Part shown: positions 13,491 through 26,248 of the stretch, piece by piece | Numbering within the stretch: position 1 is the first letter of the stretch | How the letters are laid out: each line of letters begins with the position of its first letter | Assembly: GCA_000697335.1 (NCBI GenBank) | Contig: JNEM01010539.1 | Span: 1-43,012, forward strand | Length of the DNA stretch: 43,012 nt | Direction: 5' to 3' | Source: Conidiobolus incongruus B7586 | Taxonomy: Eukaryota | Made by a program: the position numbers and the translations under genes | The notes under the pieces: model-generated | What the model was told of the DNA's origin: nothing | Databases searched by the model: none | What the model saw: the letters and a program-made list of their open reading frames with translations, nothing else

Positions 13491-13703
13491 TTTTTTTAAA
13501 TTTTAAGTTATAAAAATAATTTATCTATAATTTTCTTCTATAATATTTTAAAATTTTAGAGTATTAAATTTAAAAAAAAATTTTTTTTATAAATTAATTA
13601 ATAATCAAAATAAATATTTATATATTATTAAATTGGTTATTAATCATATTTAATTTAGAGTATTGACATAATAATTATAAAATTAATAATATGATTTGGT
13701 TAC

Positions 13704-13711
13704 TTATGGGA
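13704..13711 (-). promoter_or_regulatory. TCCCATAA candidate promoter element
   Basis: ttatggga on + strand, ~214 bp upstream of the MTR4 ATG. Confidence 0.5.
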
Positions 13712-13892
13712 TAATTCAATAAAATCTCATATTCTCTAATTCAATTTAATTTACTATATAATTAAAAGAAAACACCAAAATTATATAAAAAGTATAAACT
13801 TGATTCAAATTTTGGATTAATAGGATAAACATATAATCAGAAATAAAAATTAATTAATAAATATTAGTAATTATTTTATTTGAATTATAAAC

Positions 13893-15766
13893 TTATTTAT
13901 TATTACTTAACTTAGTATTTAATAAATTATTCAATTGGGTTAATAGATAGCTAGATTTTGGCCAATTTTTGTCTAAAACAATATTGATATATTTGTTAAA
14001 TTTCAAAAAATAAATAATAAAATTATAATTTACCTTTAATATTTAAACTTAAAGGATCTAAAATAGAACTTTGAATAATTTGTAAAATTGAAGAAGATTG
14101 AATAGGTTTTAATATATTAGGTAATAAAGTTAAAAATTGGCGATATATCGAATCGCAATGATCCCTTAATTATTAAAGTTAGAATTATTAAAATAAAATG
14201 AAAAAATTGACTTACGATAAACTATTACTATTGTTAATAAAAAATTTGAAATATAATTCTAATTCTTGTTCTATTATAAATTCTAATTTAGTTATAGAAT
14301 CATTTAACTAAATTATATTAATTAGTATAATTTTTGAATATAATTAATTATAAAATATTACCCAATGAATCAATTCTTCATCATTAAAATTACTGTTATA
14401 TTTTCTTAAAAATTTATAATAAATAAAATCAATAATTCTTTTTCTATATTGAATTAAAAAAAATTGACAATCTGATAATATAGTTTGATATCTAAAATAA
14501 ACATGATAATTAGTCGTGAAAGATTAAAATAAGCTCGAAATATTACTCTGATTCATTAGTGGTTCTATTTTCAATTTCTTCTATGAGATGTTTATATTGC
14601 AAAGTAATAGGATGAAACGGATTGTAAACTAATTTAGTAAGTAGTGGAGGTGTTAGATCATTCAATTCATTCTAAATAAATAATATTACTAAAATATGAT
14701 ATAGATATAAGCAAATATTACATTACCTTTTCTAATAAGCAGTTATCAGTGACTTTCTTTAAAATCTCATTTAAGCCTAATGGAATTAAACTAAGGCCCT
14801 TAACTAAACACTGGTGAAATTTAGACAAATAAACAGGAGCATCCAAATAAAAGTAAAAATTCTTCATATATTGTATACAGTGATCACATTTTGACAATAT
14901 CGAAATGAATTCTTGACGATGAATAATGTGAATACCAGGTTGGTTGAGGAATTTTTGAATCGAATTTAATTCGTTGAAAAATTTCAACTTTTGTTCTATT
15001 AACTGCTGCTTTTGAGTTAATTTAGTCTATTAAATATAAGTTAGATTACAAAAATATTAAAAGTACATAATTAAAATTTACTTGATCTTCTAAGAGCCCT
15101 TTGGATGATTTAGTTATTGATTGTGTTAGTTGTTTGTATTGATTATATTCTTGTTGAATTGACTTTATTTGAGCTTGGTTATTTTGAATAGAGTGATGTA
15201 AATTTTCATAATCAGATTCGTAATTTAATAATTGAGTCATATACTCTCTATAAAATATGTTAATTGATATTTGATAAAAAAAAAATAAATATTCATTACT
15301 TGTGTAGTAATTCTTGACCTTGTGTCAAATCTTCTTCCTGTTGTTCAAACCATGTCATAAACTTGGCCATAGAATCAAACACTTCAATATCTTTATTTGG
15401 ATTTAAATGAATGGAAGATGGAGTTGGAGAATAATTCAGCGAAAGGGCAGAATTAAGGGGACTCGGGCAATGAAGAGAAGTTGATGAGATCCCGAAAAGA
15501 TGGTTAATTTTAATTCCATTAACTGATTCAGGTGTAATTCCTCTGGAATTTGGCTGAGACTGAGTGTTCAGTTTTTTATTCCAATTATTCAAAATAGTCT
15601 CGTTGATGAGTATTTCTGAACATCTATCTTTTAATAAATTAACACTGTCAGTTTCTATATCATCTAACTGAGACATAGATTCCCATTCTGTATGCAATTC
15701 TTTATCACTTCTTTTAATTGAAGTAGGTGATTTAGATGATAATAATTTATTAGAATTTTCTTTCAT
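13893..15766 (-). CDS. COG3: Conserved oligomeric Golgi complex subunit 3 (Sec34 family), ~496 aa, apparently short at the C-terminus
   Basis: 8 exons: 15766-15300, 15247-15082, 15026-14727, 14671-14547, 14491-14362, 14307-14216, 14164-14034, 13972-13893. Sec34-like motifs FMTWFEQQE, LKFFNELNSI..LNQPG, DHCIQYM..YLDAPVYLSKFHQCLVKGL, EIENR..EYQTILSDCQ. Last exons less certain. Confidence 0.8.
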
Positions 15767-15833
15767 TTGATTTATAATAATAATTTGTACTTATTAAATT
15801 TGTAGTTTTTTAATTAATAAATTAATAATATTT

Positions 15834-15841
15834 TTATGGGA
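15834..15841 (-). promoter_or_regulatory. TCCCATAA candidate promoter element
   Basis: ttatggga on + strand, ~68 bp upstream of the COG3 ATG. Confidence 0.5.
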
Positions 15842-18230
15842 AAAAATATTATTAATTAACAGTCTTAATTTTATATTCATTAATATTGATTTTTTTTTTC
15901 AAAGTTGAAGATTATATTTTCATCTGATTCATTAATTTAATGATAAAAGCATACAATAGCCTTATTACTTCAAAATCATTTCAATTGAATGTTTATTTGG
16001 GGTTATTGACCCTATAAATCATGAAATTGAGATTAGTTTCTACTATTTGATTATGTTGAATAGTGAATTATGATCGTTTTAGATATAAAAAATCTGCAAT
16101 CAATTGATATATATTCTTAGTATTCATAGTTTATCAAAATAATGTATATTAATATATTATATTTATTAACATTTTAGTTATAGCATATCTATTTTTGAGT
16201 TCGATTTATTTTTCAAATATATACTAAGAGTATATTAAAATAAAATTAAAGTTTATAATATTGACCATACTATTTTCCAATAATGAATATCAAATCAAGA
16301 AAATTTTTTAATTGAATATTAGATCAATATATAACTATTCACATTTACAAATGTTAGATACCATATTCATTCTAATTGCAAAAATTTCATTATTTTAAAT
16401 ACCATAATTTTTATTTATTTACTAATGTGAATAGTGGGAGAGATTATGTCAATAATGAAGTAATATAAAATTTATATAACAAAAAGCCTTTTAGTTGTAT
16501 ATTTCTTTTGTTAAATCTTTTATTTTTAATTAGTTTAATATATTTAAATTATTTAATCAAGAAACCTATTATTGATAATAATTTCAAATATATTAAATAT
16601 TATTATTTATATATTCCAACAATTTAGTGTTAGGTATATATATTATTTGGGTTTCAATATATTCCAAAATAAGATAAAATTTATACTTCAAAAGTGGAAA
16701 ATGGTTTTTGAAAATATCAATTGCTGATAAAAGATTTTATTTATTAATGATAATGATCAATCCAGTGTTTAAAATCTATTAAATTACACAATATTTGTAT
16801 AAATATTGTTGTTTAAAATATACTCAATATATTATAAATTTATATTGACATATATTGCTGCAAATAAATTGATCAATTGAAATTACATTCGAATATATTT
16901 GTATTAATAATATTAAAGCTGATCATTAATCAAGGAAGTATCAAATTTAATAAATTAATATATGCATATTGATTTAATTAAGTTGTATTCTAACTTAATC
17001 GCTCTAATAAGGTTCGATATCAAAATCGATTCTTTATTTCATTCCAAAATTTGTTAAATACTGAATATTTGATGAACCAATGCTAATATGAAAATATAAA
17101 TTTAACAATCTCAAATTATTTGAATATATTCATAACAAAAGTTGAGAAATAATTGAATGATTAACAATTTACCAATATTATCATTTGAATGTCATTTATC
17201 GGCCTTTTATTAGAGTTTCAAAAGTTTTTCAATACCTGGGATTTGAAATTACTGAGATTGTCTAATTTGAGTTTGACAAAAGTAGTTAATAAAAATTAAA
17301 AATACTTAACAAGTGATTTTTAATAGATTATAACATATATACAATTAATACTAGATCTATTATGATTAAAAATACATTAATTGGGATAAAATTCTAGCTA
17401 TATGCTTTTGGTGAAAAATAATAATTTTAATCTTTTTTTTACAAAAATACAATTTCCAAAAATTGAATACATTAAAGATCCAGTAAATTTTGATAAGTAT
17501 TTGAAAAAATTTTGATGATTTTGTAATAAAAATATGTGTTTATAAATAATAATCTAGTTAATTAGGCATGCAAATACTCATTTGTTAAATTTGATAAATA
17601 TTGACAAGATAATTTAAACTGTACCTGAAATTTTATTAATTTTGTCAATTCCGGAAAATGGGAAATGTGGTAGTAATAAAATTCTTTCAAAAAATCGGTA
17701 TCTACGATTTATATGGAGTAAAATGTATGATAAAAGAATATTTAATTGGTCGAAAGTCACATGGTAATGTAAATTTAACTTTAAATTCAATTTAAAAATT
17801 ATCAGTTTTAAAATATTATATATAAATATATATGATATATTTAAATAAATTAAATATTATAACAAAATGGTAATAAAATTGAACTTACATTAAATAAATA
17901 ATTTTATTTTATATAAAAATATAAAATTAAAAAGAAAAAAATTATAAAATAGTATAATTTAAAATAATCTTTTTATTAGTGAAATGATTAATCCAATTTA
18001 GAAAAAAATTGAGTATTTTATTTTAAACTTTGACAATTATGAATTGGATGTATAATGGATCCGGATAAAAAACTTCCCAATCAATTAATCCAATCATTAT
18101 GGATATTAAAATAAATTCATTCCAATTGAGCCAGCAAGGAATGTAATATAAATACATTTCAAAAGTCCCCATTTTCTTTATTTTTTTTCTCTCTCATTTT
18201 TTAATTAAATTTAGCAAATTTAATAAAAAT

Positions 18231-19274
18231 ATGAAATTTGCTAATATTTTAGGGTGGACTATATTGGTAGGATTGGCACTGGCTGCTGCAGTATCCGATT
18301 CTCTGAATACTAACAGTACGTCAACTCTAACGAGCGGGGACGAAGATCATACTCTCAATACACCTCTCGGTTTCATATTGGTAGCGAGCGGAGCTCTTGT
18401 ACCAGCACTTGGTGCCTCTCTACTCTACATTGAAGACTTGATCAAAATGCTGCCGAGAGTGCCTACTGATTTTATTATTACGAATTCTCCCGCTTTTTTA
18501 GCTTCCATTTTAAGTTTCTCGGTTGGAGTCTTGTTGTGCAATATTTTTATCACTTTGATACCAGAAGCTATCCTGAGCTTTGAAACGTCTGCCTGGTTGG
18601 AGCATTTGACAAATTTGAAATTAAAGAGAATTATAGGGTGTCTCATATTCGGTGCTTTCGTTTTCGCTATGATCATGAAACGCGTGTTTTATGGTGGTCG
18701 CCACAAACATCATAACCATCATCACCACCAACCTAATATCAAGCACGAGGAAACGGAAGTAGGTAATAAAGAATTGGACGACACCCAGTCTCCAGCTACT
18801 TTGGACGACGAACATAAAGGTTTCAAAAGTATGGGCAATCGTATTATGATTGCTTTTTTTATCCACAATATTCCCGAAGGACTTGTCACATTTTTAAGCG
18901 TTTACGAAAGTTATAAAATTGGTATTATGTTTACAATCGCTCTAAGTCTTCACCGTCTCCCTGAAGGTATTATGATTGCTGTACCAGTGTATTACGGCTA
19001 TGGCAAGAAGTGGAAGGCAGTTGTAGCCTGTCTAGTGTGTACTTTAATTCCCCAACTGATCGGAGCGCTTATAGGGTGGGCGTCCACGAAACTGGTGTAC
19101 GACAGTTTCATTACTGGTGTAATGTTTTTGATTGCTACGACTATATTAAGCGAGACGACCTTTAACGAAGTGATACCTATGGCTCGCAATTACGATCCCA
19201 CTGACCGATATATGACCAACTGGATCCTAATCGGCATCGTATTATTTTTATTTATCAAAAACGCAGTGGAATAA
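18231..19274 (+). CDS. ZIP family (GufA/ZupT-like) divalent metal transporter, 347 aa
   Basis: Intronless ORF; signal-peptide-like N-terminus, multiple TM segments, His-rich loop RHKHHNHHHH, TM4 HNIPEG and TM5 HRLPEG; TATAAA at ~18147. Confidence 0.93.
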   Translation: MKFANILGWTILVGLALAAAVSDSLNTNSTSTLTSGDEDHTLNTPLGFILVASGALVPALGASLLYIEDLIKMLPRVPTDFIITNSPAFLASILSFSVGVLLCNIFITLIPEAILSFETSAWLEHLTNLKLKRIIGCLIFGAFVFAMIMKRVFYGGRHKHHNHHHHQPNIKHEETEVGNKELDDTQSPATLDDEHKGFKSMGNRIMIAFFIHNIPEGLVTFLSVYESYKIGIMFTIALSLHRLPEGIMIAVPVYYGYGKKWKAVVACLVCTLIPQLIGALIGWASTKLVYDSFITGVMFLIATTILSETTFNEVIPMARNYDPTDRYMTNWILIGIVLFLFIKNAVE

Positions 19275-20220
19275 TCAACTTTATCTTTCTATCATTCAAA
19301 AATCATATTAACTTTAGTAGTAATAACTGGGTTATTCAATTTGTTTTTTGTTTAAAATAAATCATACTTAAAATCCTGTCAACTTTATTAAATATGCAAA
19401 TTTGGTCTTATTTAATTGGACTAAATAAATTTTTATGTTCTATTTAATTGATCTTATTAATTTGACCTTTATCAATATATTAAAAAAATGCTTTGAGAAA
19501 TAATAAAAATTATTAATAAATTAAAACCATTTATTACTTATTAATAATATTAAAATTTTAATAAAATATATATATTTTTTATTTTAGTATAAAAAAAAAA
19601 TAATTAATAATTAATAAAAAAAATTTGTATATCAGATAAATGTGAGAAATTTCAATTAAATATAAAATTTTTATTTTTAAAATCTAAAAATAATCTTTGA
19701 TCGAATAAATTATAAATTTTGAAACAAAAAAATTTTTATCATTTTTAGTAATATATAATTTACTTAAAATTAAGTATAATTTAATTATTTATATTAATTT
19801 ATTTTATATAATTAGCAAATCAAAATTAAATTATAAATCGATTTGAATTAATTATTGTTTCTGAATTTGGAATTATTTTATTTAAAATTAAGTATTTTAT
19901 CCAATTTGAGTATATAGAAATTGAAAAAGAAAATAATTAGATTTATGTATGAAAATGAGTTTTGATAAATTGGTTAATATTTAGTTAAAATAGATTTTTT
20001 TATTTTGAAATAATTAAATAGAATATATCATAATTAAAAAGTTACAAGCTGTTTTTAAGAATTACCACCTGGTTTAAATATCCTGATAATAAACAATCAA
20101 AAATAAATCATAAATAGTAATAGTTTATATTGTATTAACCAAGTAAATTTTTGGGGTCTAAATAAATAAAAATGTTTTTTCTTCTATAATTAATAATAAT
20201 GTTATACAATGAATTACTAT

Positions 20221-22202
20221 CTAATCGTCGAAATCTTCATCAATAAATTCCACGTGATCGTAGCGTCTATTCTTATACTTGGATTCCTCCTTACTCAATT
20301 TCATTTCGATCGTGCCATTCTTGGGCTGATGGGGGAAAAGATCGCCCCAGCGGGATTTGCGAGCGTCGCGGAATTCTCCCTTGCCTTGACTCTTGGGAAT
20401 CACCATCTTCTCCAACTTGCCATTCTTGCTGCAGGTGTTGAGGATTACATGCTGACCTCGCTTTGTGGGCTGGTCTACGATACGTGACCATTTTGCTGTT
20501 TCGTGTAGTGGTGATTCAGAATGGAGCGGGTTCTTCTTGAGGACTATGTACGAAAATGCGTGCTGTTCGTGGTTGGATTTAGAGCCTTTGACATTCATCT
20601 AATGAGAATTAACAATTTAATTTAGATAATATACAGTAATTTGATTTACCATGAATTTAGGTCTTTGAATTTTCTGCTGGAAATGGCACCATCTGAAAGT
20701 ATTAGACATTGGACACTTACCCTGATGAGGACACTAAATACATTTAATTAATACACAATCCAATCTAGGTTATCAAAATACTTACGGGAGCTACAATATG
20801 TCCCACTTGGGGTAAATCCTTAAAATTGATATCGTCAATATCGTCACTCTCTAAAGCTTCGTTCAATTTTTGTTTGGGTTCCAATACTAATAACTCTCTA
20901 ACGCGATCTATAATACTAAAGCCTGTGGGTGTCCCTCTCTCAATGACCACCTAATTGACATTATTAATTCATTATTTTAATATAATATATGGGAATATTA
21001 CCAAAGTATCTCTACAATGCTCCCACAAAATATTAATCACTTCATCTCTCAGACTGGAGTTAGGTAACTCCGAAAGCGTGTAACTCGCTACAACTAAATC
21101 GGATTGTGTAGACTATAAAATCCAAATTAATACCAATTGTGTAATAAATTTATATATATGGTATTTACAGGTGATGTCGTATAATTCAAATATGGTAATA
21201 ATTCAATCTGTCCTTGGAATGAAATATTTTCATATTCATATTCTATATAACATCTTTAATAAATTGAAGTATTCTTATAGTAGTTAAAATTACGTTGAAA
21301 TAGTTCTTGAGCAGTTTCTAACATAGAGTTACTGATATCCACACCCACATAGTTGGTTAAACTAGGAGTTTCACCTTGACCCCAGATATGGTGAGCAGCC
21401 CTAAAAATTTGAATCAATGATAATACTTAAAATTTTAAGGAGATCAATTACCAAAGTGCCGTGCCAGGGCCAGTTCCAAAATCCAAAATTTTATTGGGTT
21501 TGAAGCTAGGATCACGTCTAGCAATTTCTTCAAATACACGTTTGCAACCTCCAAAGTGTGCTGGGAACACTGCACTCAAGTACCCTAGGGTCTCGAGAGG
21601 TCCATACTGCAACAGTTCTGGACGGTTGCTAGGCTTGACAAGATGGGGACGTTTCTTAAGTTCTAAACTACAATTAGTATTTAAATATCGTGATGTATTA
21701 GGATTTACCTTCATAACTTTTGGGTAAACTAAAATTCCCACTGATGTTGATTTGACTTCTAAAACTACTGAAAATTTTTAAAGCACTCTGTCTAATATCT
21801 TCCTTATTATGATCTAAATACCAGTTTCAACATTAACATTTAAAATTTCAAAATAATTTTAGATTATTTACCCTGTAATACTCTTTCAACGCCCTTAACC
21901 AATACCGGTAACAAATCCTGCAACTTGGTTCCATTTCTAGCCAATTGACCCTCTTTGGTATGATAATTAGTCACTGGGCTATCCTCTAAGATTTCACCTC
22001 CCTTCTCATATAATTTCTGAAGTTTTTCAGCTTCTTCAAATTCTTTACGAGCTTTTTCCGGGTCGTTAAAATAATCGAGATTGAGACTTGGGTCACCTTC
22101 AGGTGGTGGATTGATTTTTGTATTGAGTTTACTCGCATATGATCGGACTAAGATTAGACGATTAATTAGGTGCTTGGAAGGTATTGTTTTGGGGACTATC
22201 AT
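20221..22202 (-). CDS. RSM22: Mitochondrial small-subunit assembly factor Rsm22/METTL17, ~521 aa
   Basis: 9 exons: 22202-21872, 21813-21709, 21662-21452, 21400-21294, 21242-21169, 21112-21002, 20950-20786, 20733-20650, 20598-20221. ILDFGTGPGT SAM motif, SYTLSEL, IERGTPTGF, APCPHQGKCP..WCHF..Q, HVILNTC, RDARKSRWGDLFP; presequence-like N-terminus. Confidence 0.94.
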
Positions 22203-22306
22203 TTTTTATTTATGATTTTGTTAAGGGTTTATTATAGTTGGTGATTGATTGATTGATAGATAAGATTTGAATTGATAATTTAAAATATTGAGATTTATTT
22301 TAGTAT

Positions 22307-22314
22307 TTATGGGA
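22307..22314 (-). promoter_or_regulatory. TCCCATAA candidate promoter element
   Basis: ttatggga on + strand, ~105 bp upstream of the RSM22 ATG. Confidence 0.5.
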
Positions 22315-22780
22315 CAAAATTGGATAACCAATTTAATTTGCAACAAAATTGATTAAAAATTGAAAAATTTAAATTCAAAAAAATTATTGTTTTAATTAAT
22401 TAATCATTATCATATATCTATTGTCTTTAACAAATGATTTAATATACTAATAATATTTTATATGTTATTTTCTCATTCTCATAATATTATAATATTTTGA
22501 ATTAAATTCCAACAAAGTTCAAATAATTCCAATTAAATTCAATAAAAATGAACCAGTTTCTCAAAAATATATCAATGATCAAAAACGCTGAAGAAACCAA
22601 AACTCAATCTGCTATTAAAAGTTGTGGCATTATTTTCAATACTTCCATTGACAGTACGAAATTATTGAACAAAGGAATTCAAATTTAACTAATGTATCAT
22701 AATATTGTATAATACTAATTTATTAATATTATGAATTAGTCAATTAAACCAAATATATCCCGTTATTGATAAAGTATTAA

Positions 22781-23845
22781 CTAGTCTAAACTTGTACTCA
22801 ATAGAATATATATGATTATTCCTAACAATTTAAATGTTGTGGAGTATTTGTCTTTGGGGTCGTAATGTGTCGCCAGAGGTATGAGCGAACTCAGTAGTAT
22901 TGTGGTGAGGATTGCTGTAGCTAATAGGAATAAAATACCGGTTAAAAGACTGTCATAATTCCAAGATGTGGATCCCCAACCAATAAGACCCCCGAGCATT
23001 TGCGGGATCCAAGTGCTGATGAATACAATGAGAACCGCTTTCCACTTCTTGCAATAGGCATAATACCCTGGAGCGCCTAGCATCACACCCTCGGGGATTT
23101 TATGGAGACTCATAGCGATACCGAACACGAGTCCTAATTTATAGCTCTCGAAAACTGTAATAAAAATGATAATACCTTCAGGAATATTGTGAATAAACAA
23201 TGCCAATCCCATCTGTCTTGTAATCCTCTTAAAATTTTCTGAATTCTCCAAAATGTTCTTCTCTATATCCTCCTCTTCTTCAAATTTCCCATGAAGGTGA
23301 TGATGACTGTGGCCACCTGAAAATCTTCTATAAATCATAAGGATCAGGAGCCAACCGACAAGGACGCAAGCTCCTATGAATCTTCGTAATTTAGGATCTT
23401 CAATACCGGACAGCCAATTGGATCTTTGGAAATTTTCCAAACCTTCCGGCAACAGGCCGACAAAGATGGTACAAATAAGAATACCAATGGATAAATTGAT
23501 AACAATACTTAAAAAAGTTTGATTAGTTTTTAAATTCAATTGCTTGTTGGTTGTCCTATTGATAATATTCTCAATGTACAGAAGAATAATCGTTCCAATT
23601 GTGGGTAATAGACCTCCGACACAGAGAATAACGAATGCAGCACCTACGTTGAATGATTTATCGGCATCCGTGTCCATTGTTTCGTCGGTCATAAAATCCA
23701 TATCGTGGTGATGATTCGGTTCGAAGCGATCGTCGTCCCAATTCATTTCGGTCTTGGGAGTACCTGACGTTGGCATCTTGGAATGGCAAGTCACTACATT
23801 TAACCAAATGGTTAATAATATTAAACTGATGGATTGCCACTTCAT
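22781..23845 (-). CDS. ZIP family metal transporter, 354 aa (most divergent paralog)
   Basis: Intronless; signal peptide, Asp/Met/His-rich N-terminal tail (NHHHDMDFMTDETMD), GGHSHHHLH loop, HNIPEG and HKIPEG. Confidence 0.92.
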   Translation of the reverse strand: MKWQSISLILLTIWLNVVTCHSKMPTSGTPKTEMNWDDDRFEPNHHHDMDFMTDETMDTDADKSFNVGAAFVILCVGGLLPTIGTIILLYIENIINRTTNKQLNLKTNQTFLSIVINLSIGILICTIFVGLLPEGLENFQRSNWLSGIEDPKLRRFIGACVLVGWLLILMIYRRFSGGHSHHHLHGKFEEEEDIEKNILENSENFKRITRQMGLALFIHNIPEGIIIFITVFESYKLGLVFGIAMSLHKIPEGVMLGAPGYYAYCKKWKAVLIVFISTWIPQMLGGLIGWGSTSWNYDSLLTGILFLLATAILTTILLSSLIPLATHYDPKDKYSTTFKLLGIIIYILLSTSLD

Positions 23846-24071
23846 TATTAATTTATTTTATAATTTTTAGAAACATTTTAATTGAGTTCCATCAATACAT
23901 TATATAAACGCTAACAAAATTTTCAGATTGTTTGATAATCTTTAATTCAAATGGAATTTGAGTTTGATAATCCATTTCAATTTTAGGATCTAAGATAAAA
24001 ATTACCGAAAATTTTTATAATTTTATTATTTGAACTAAAACTCACTTATAATATATTAAGTTTGTAATTAA

Positions 24072-25153
24072 TTATTCAAATGAATTTTTCTAAAATAAAA
24101 ATAGGTCAATTCTTATGAATATTCAGTTGGTGGTATACTTATCATTGATATCGTAATTCTGAATCATTGGTATGACTTCTTTAGAGGTAGTCTCAGTTAA
24201 AACAGTGGTAGCTACCAAAAACATCACTCCTGCCATAAAACTTTTGTACACCAATTTATTTGAAACTTAGCCTAAAAGCGCTCTAGTGAGTTGGAATATT
24301 AGAGTACATATCAAGCACACAACAGCAGCCTTCCATTTCCTGTAATACCTGTAATAAATTGGCAAGGAGATCATGATACTCTCGGGAAGTTTGTGAAGGC
24401 TTTGAACAATAGTAAACATAATCCCAGTTTTATAACTTTAGCAAACGCTCAAAGTTACGACCAAACCTTCTGGAATATCGTGAATAAAAAGTGATTATAA
24501 TGCGATTATCCATACTTTTAAATTTCGATTCTCATTCTCCTGAGTTCGGGTGAGTTCGCTGTCGCCGAATTCTTTCTTGCAAGTTTTTTCCTCTTCCAAC
24601 TTTTGATTATTGTAGTGATGATGTTAATGATGACCGTCGCGTTCGTAATAAATCCGTTTAAAAATTAAACCCAACACCAATATTACAAAAATGATATATC
24701 AATTAATGTTATTCAATTTTAAGCTAATCAAATGACTCAATCGTTTCTAAGTTTCGAAACTCTTGGTAGCTACAGGAATGAGTGATAAAATGATACTGCA
24801 CATGAATATTTCTACTGAGAAGCTGAGGATCGAAGACAGAAACAAATGATTGTTCGTAGTTGTGAAGTCGGTGGGGACTTTTGGGAATAGTTTGATTAAG
24901 TCTTGGTCATAGAATAGAAGAGCTCCAAAGGTGGGTGCTATTTATTGTTTCACTAGATACTATTATGAAACTCAATATGATGTTGAAAATGGGATCCCTG
25001 TCCCCCAAAGATACCACAGAAGCACCTTTAGTATTGGCTGCACTCTCATCAATTATTTCACCTTGTATTAAAGTTAACAAAGTCACCTTAATTACAATAG
25101 AAAACGCTGCCATTTTACTGCTTACTAAAATTAAACCGAAAAGCTAATCTCAT
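24072..25153 (-). pseudogene. ZIP transporter pseudogene
   Basis: Full-length decayed paralog: DLIKLFPKVPTDF, DGHH*HHH, IHDIPEG, SLHKLPES, RKWKAAVVCL, LTETTSKEVIPM, DKYTTN*, KNSFE*. At least six internal stops plus frameshifts; closest to 18231-19274. Confidence 0.92.
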
Positions 25154-26248
25154 TACGAAGAACTCTCATGTCTTTAAATAACATTAATTTGTCTTCAATT
25201 AGCCAATCTGGTGCCTGAGCATCGCTTACCAAACAGCTGTATAATTTGGTCACATTCCAATCAATCTCCAAATCGTAGCTTTAATTATAAGTTAATATCA
25301 CTTCAATAGTTACCTGCGAGTTCACTGTGATAACTGTTTATTCATATAATATGATTAATCTACTGGAGTTGAACGTTTAATACTAATCAAAGTCCCAAAA
25401 AACTTTGGACTAAAACCTGCAATCTGTTATAAACCCTCTGATGAATATTGAGTTTATATAACTCAGGATTACATGTAACAATATAATTTTTATCTATTGA
25501 GCACTTGATAAAAATTTCATTTTGGGAAATTATCATTAATATGAAATCAAACATTGCAATAATAAGGGAGTATAAGTATGAAAAAATCTATAAAAATATA
25601 GAATGATAATGTATTTTATTGAAATAGTTAACTAGAAATATATAGAATAATATTATTAGTGAAAATTTTTAAAATCTAATTATATTATTAAATTTCAATT
25701 TTATTTTCATTGAATTTCAATGTACAGTTAATAATTTAAAAACATATAAAAATTGAACTTTTTCCCTCATTATTTTAAAATTAATTTTTTTTAAATATTT
25801 AATAAATATTATAATAAATTGGAATTCTTAAAAAGTTTTAATTAAAATAAAATTTAAATTTAATTATAATAAACTAAAAATTTTAAATATCTTTAAAATA
25901 TTTCTATTGACAATATAGTAAATTTTATTAAAATTTTATTGTGAGAATTATATAATTATGAGAAAATGAAATTCAATATTTTTATCTGTTTCATCTTCTT
26001 AATAGGTATTTTATTATGATTTTTATAATATATCAATTTTATATATAATGAAATTATATATCACTATAATATAACATTTTTGTTTTGATTAAATCAAATG
26101 TATCTTCCAGTGTAATATTTATTATTTGATAAAATCAATACCTATTAATTATGACTAAATTATATGTAGAGTTATAATGAGGTTTATTTCATACAAAGGA
26201 AATCTAAGTGAGACTTAATATTATTTGACGTTAGTAACAATTTTTAGA

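Noticed and set aside
20221..20600. Rsm22-Cox11 fusion as in fission yeast
   Set aside because: ORF stops at DEDFDD* and only AT-rich non-coding DNA follows.
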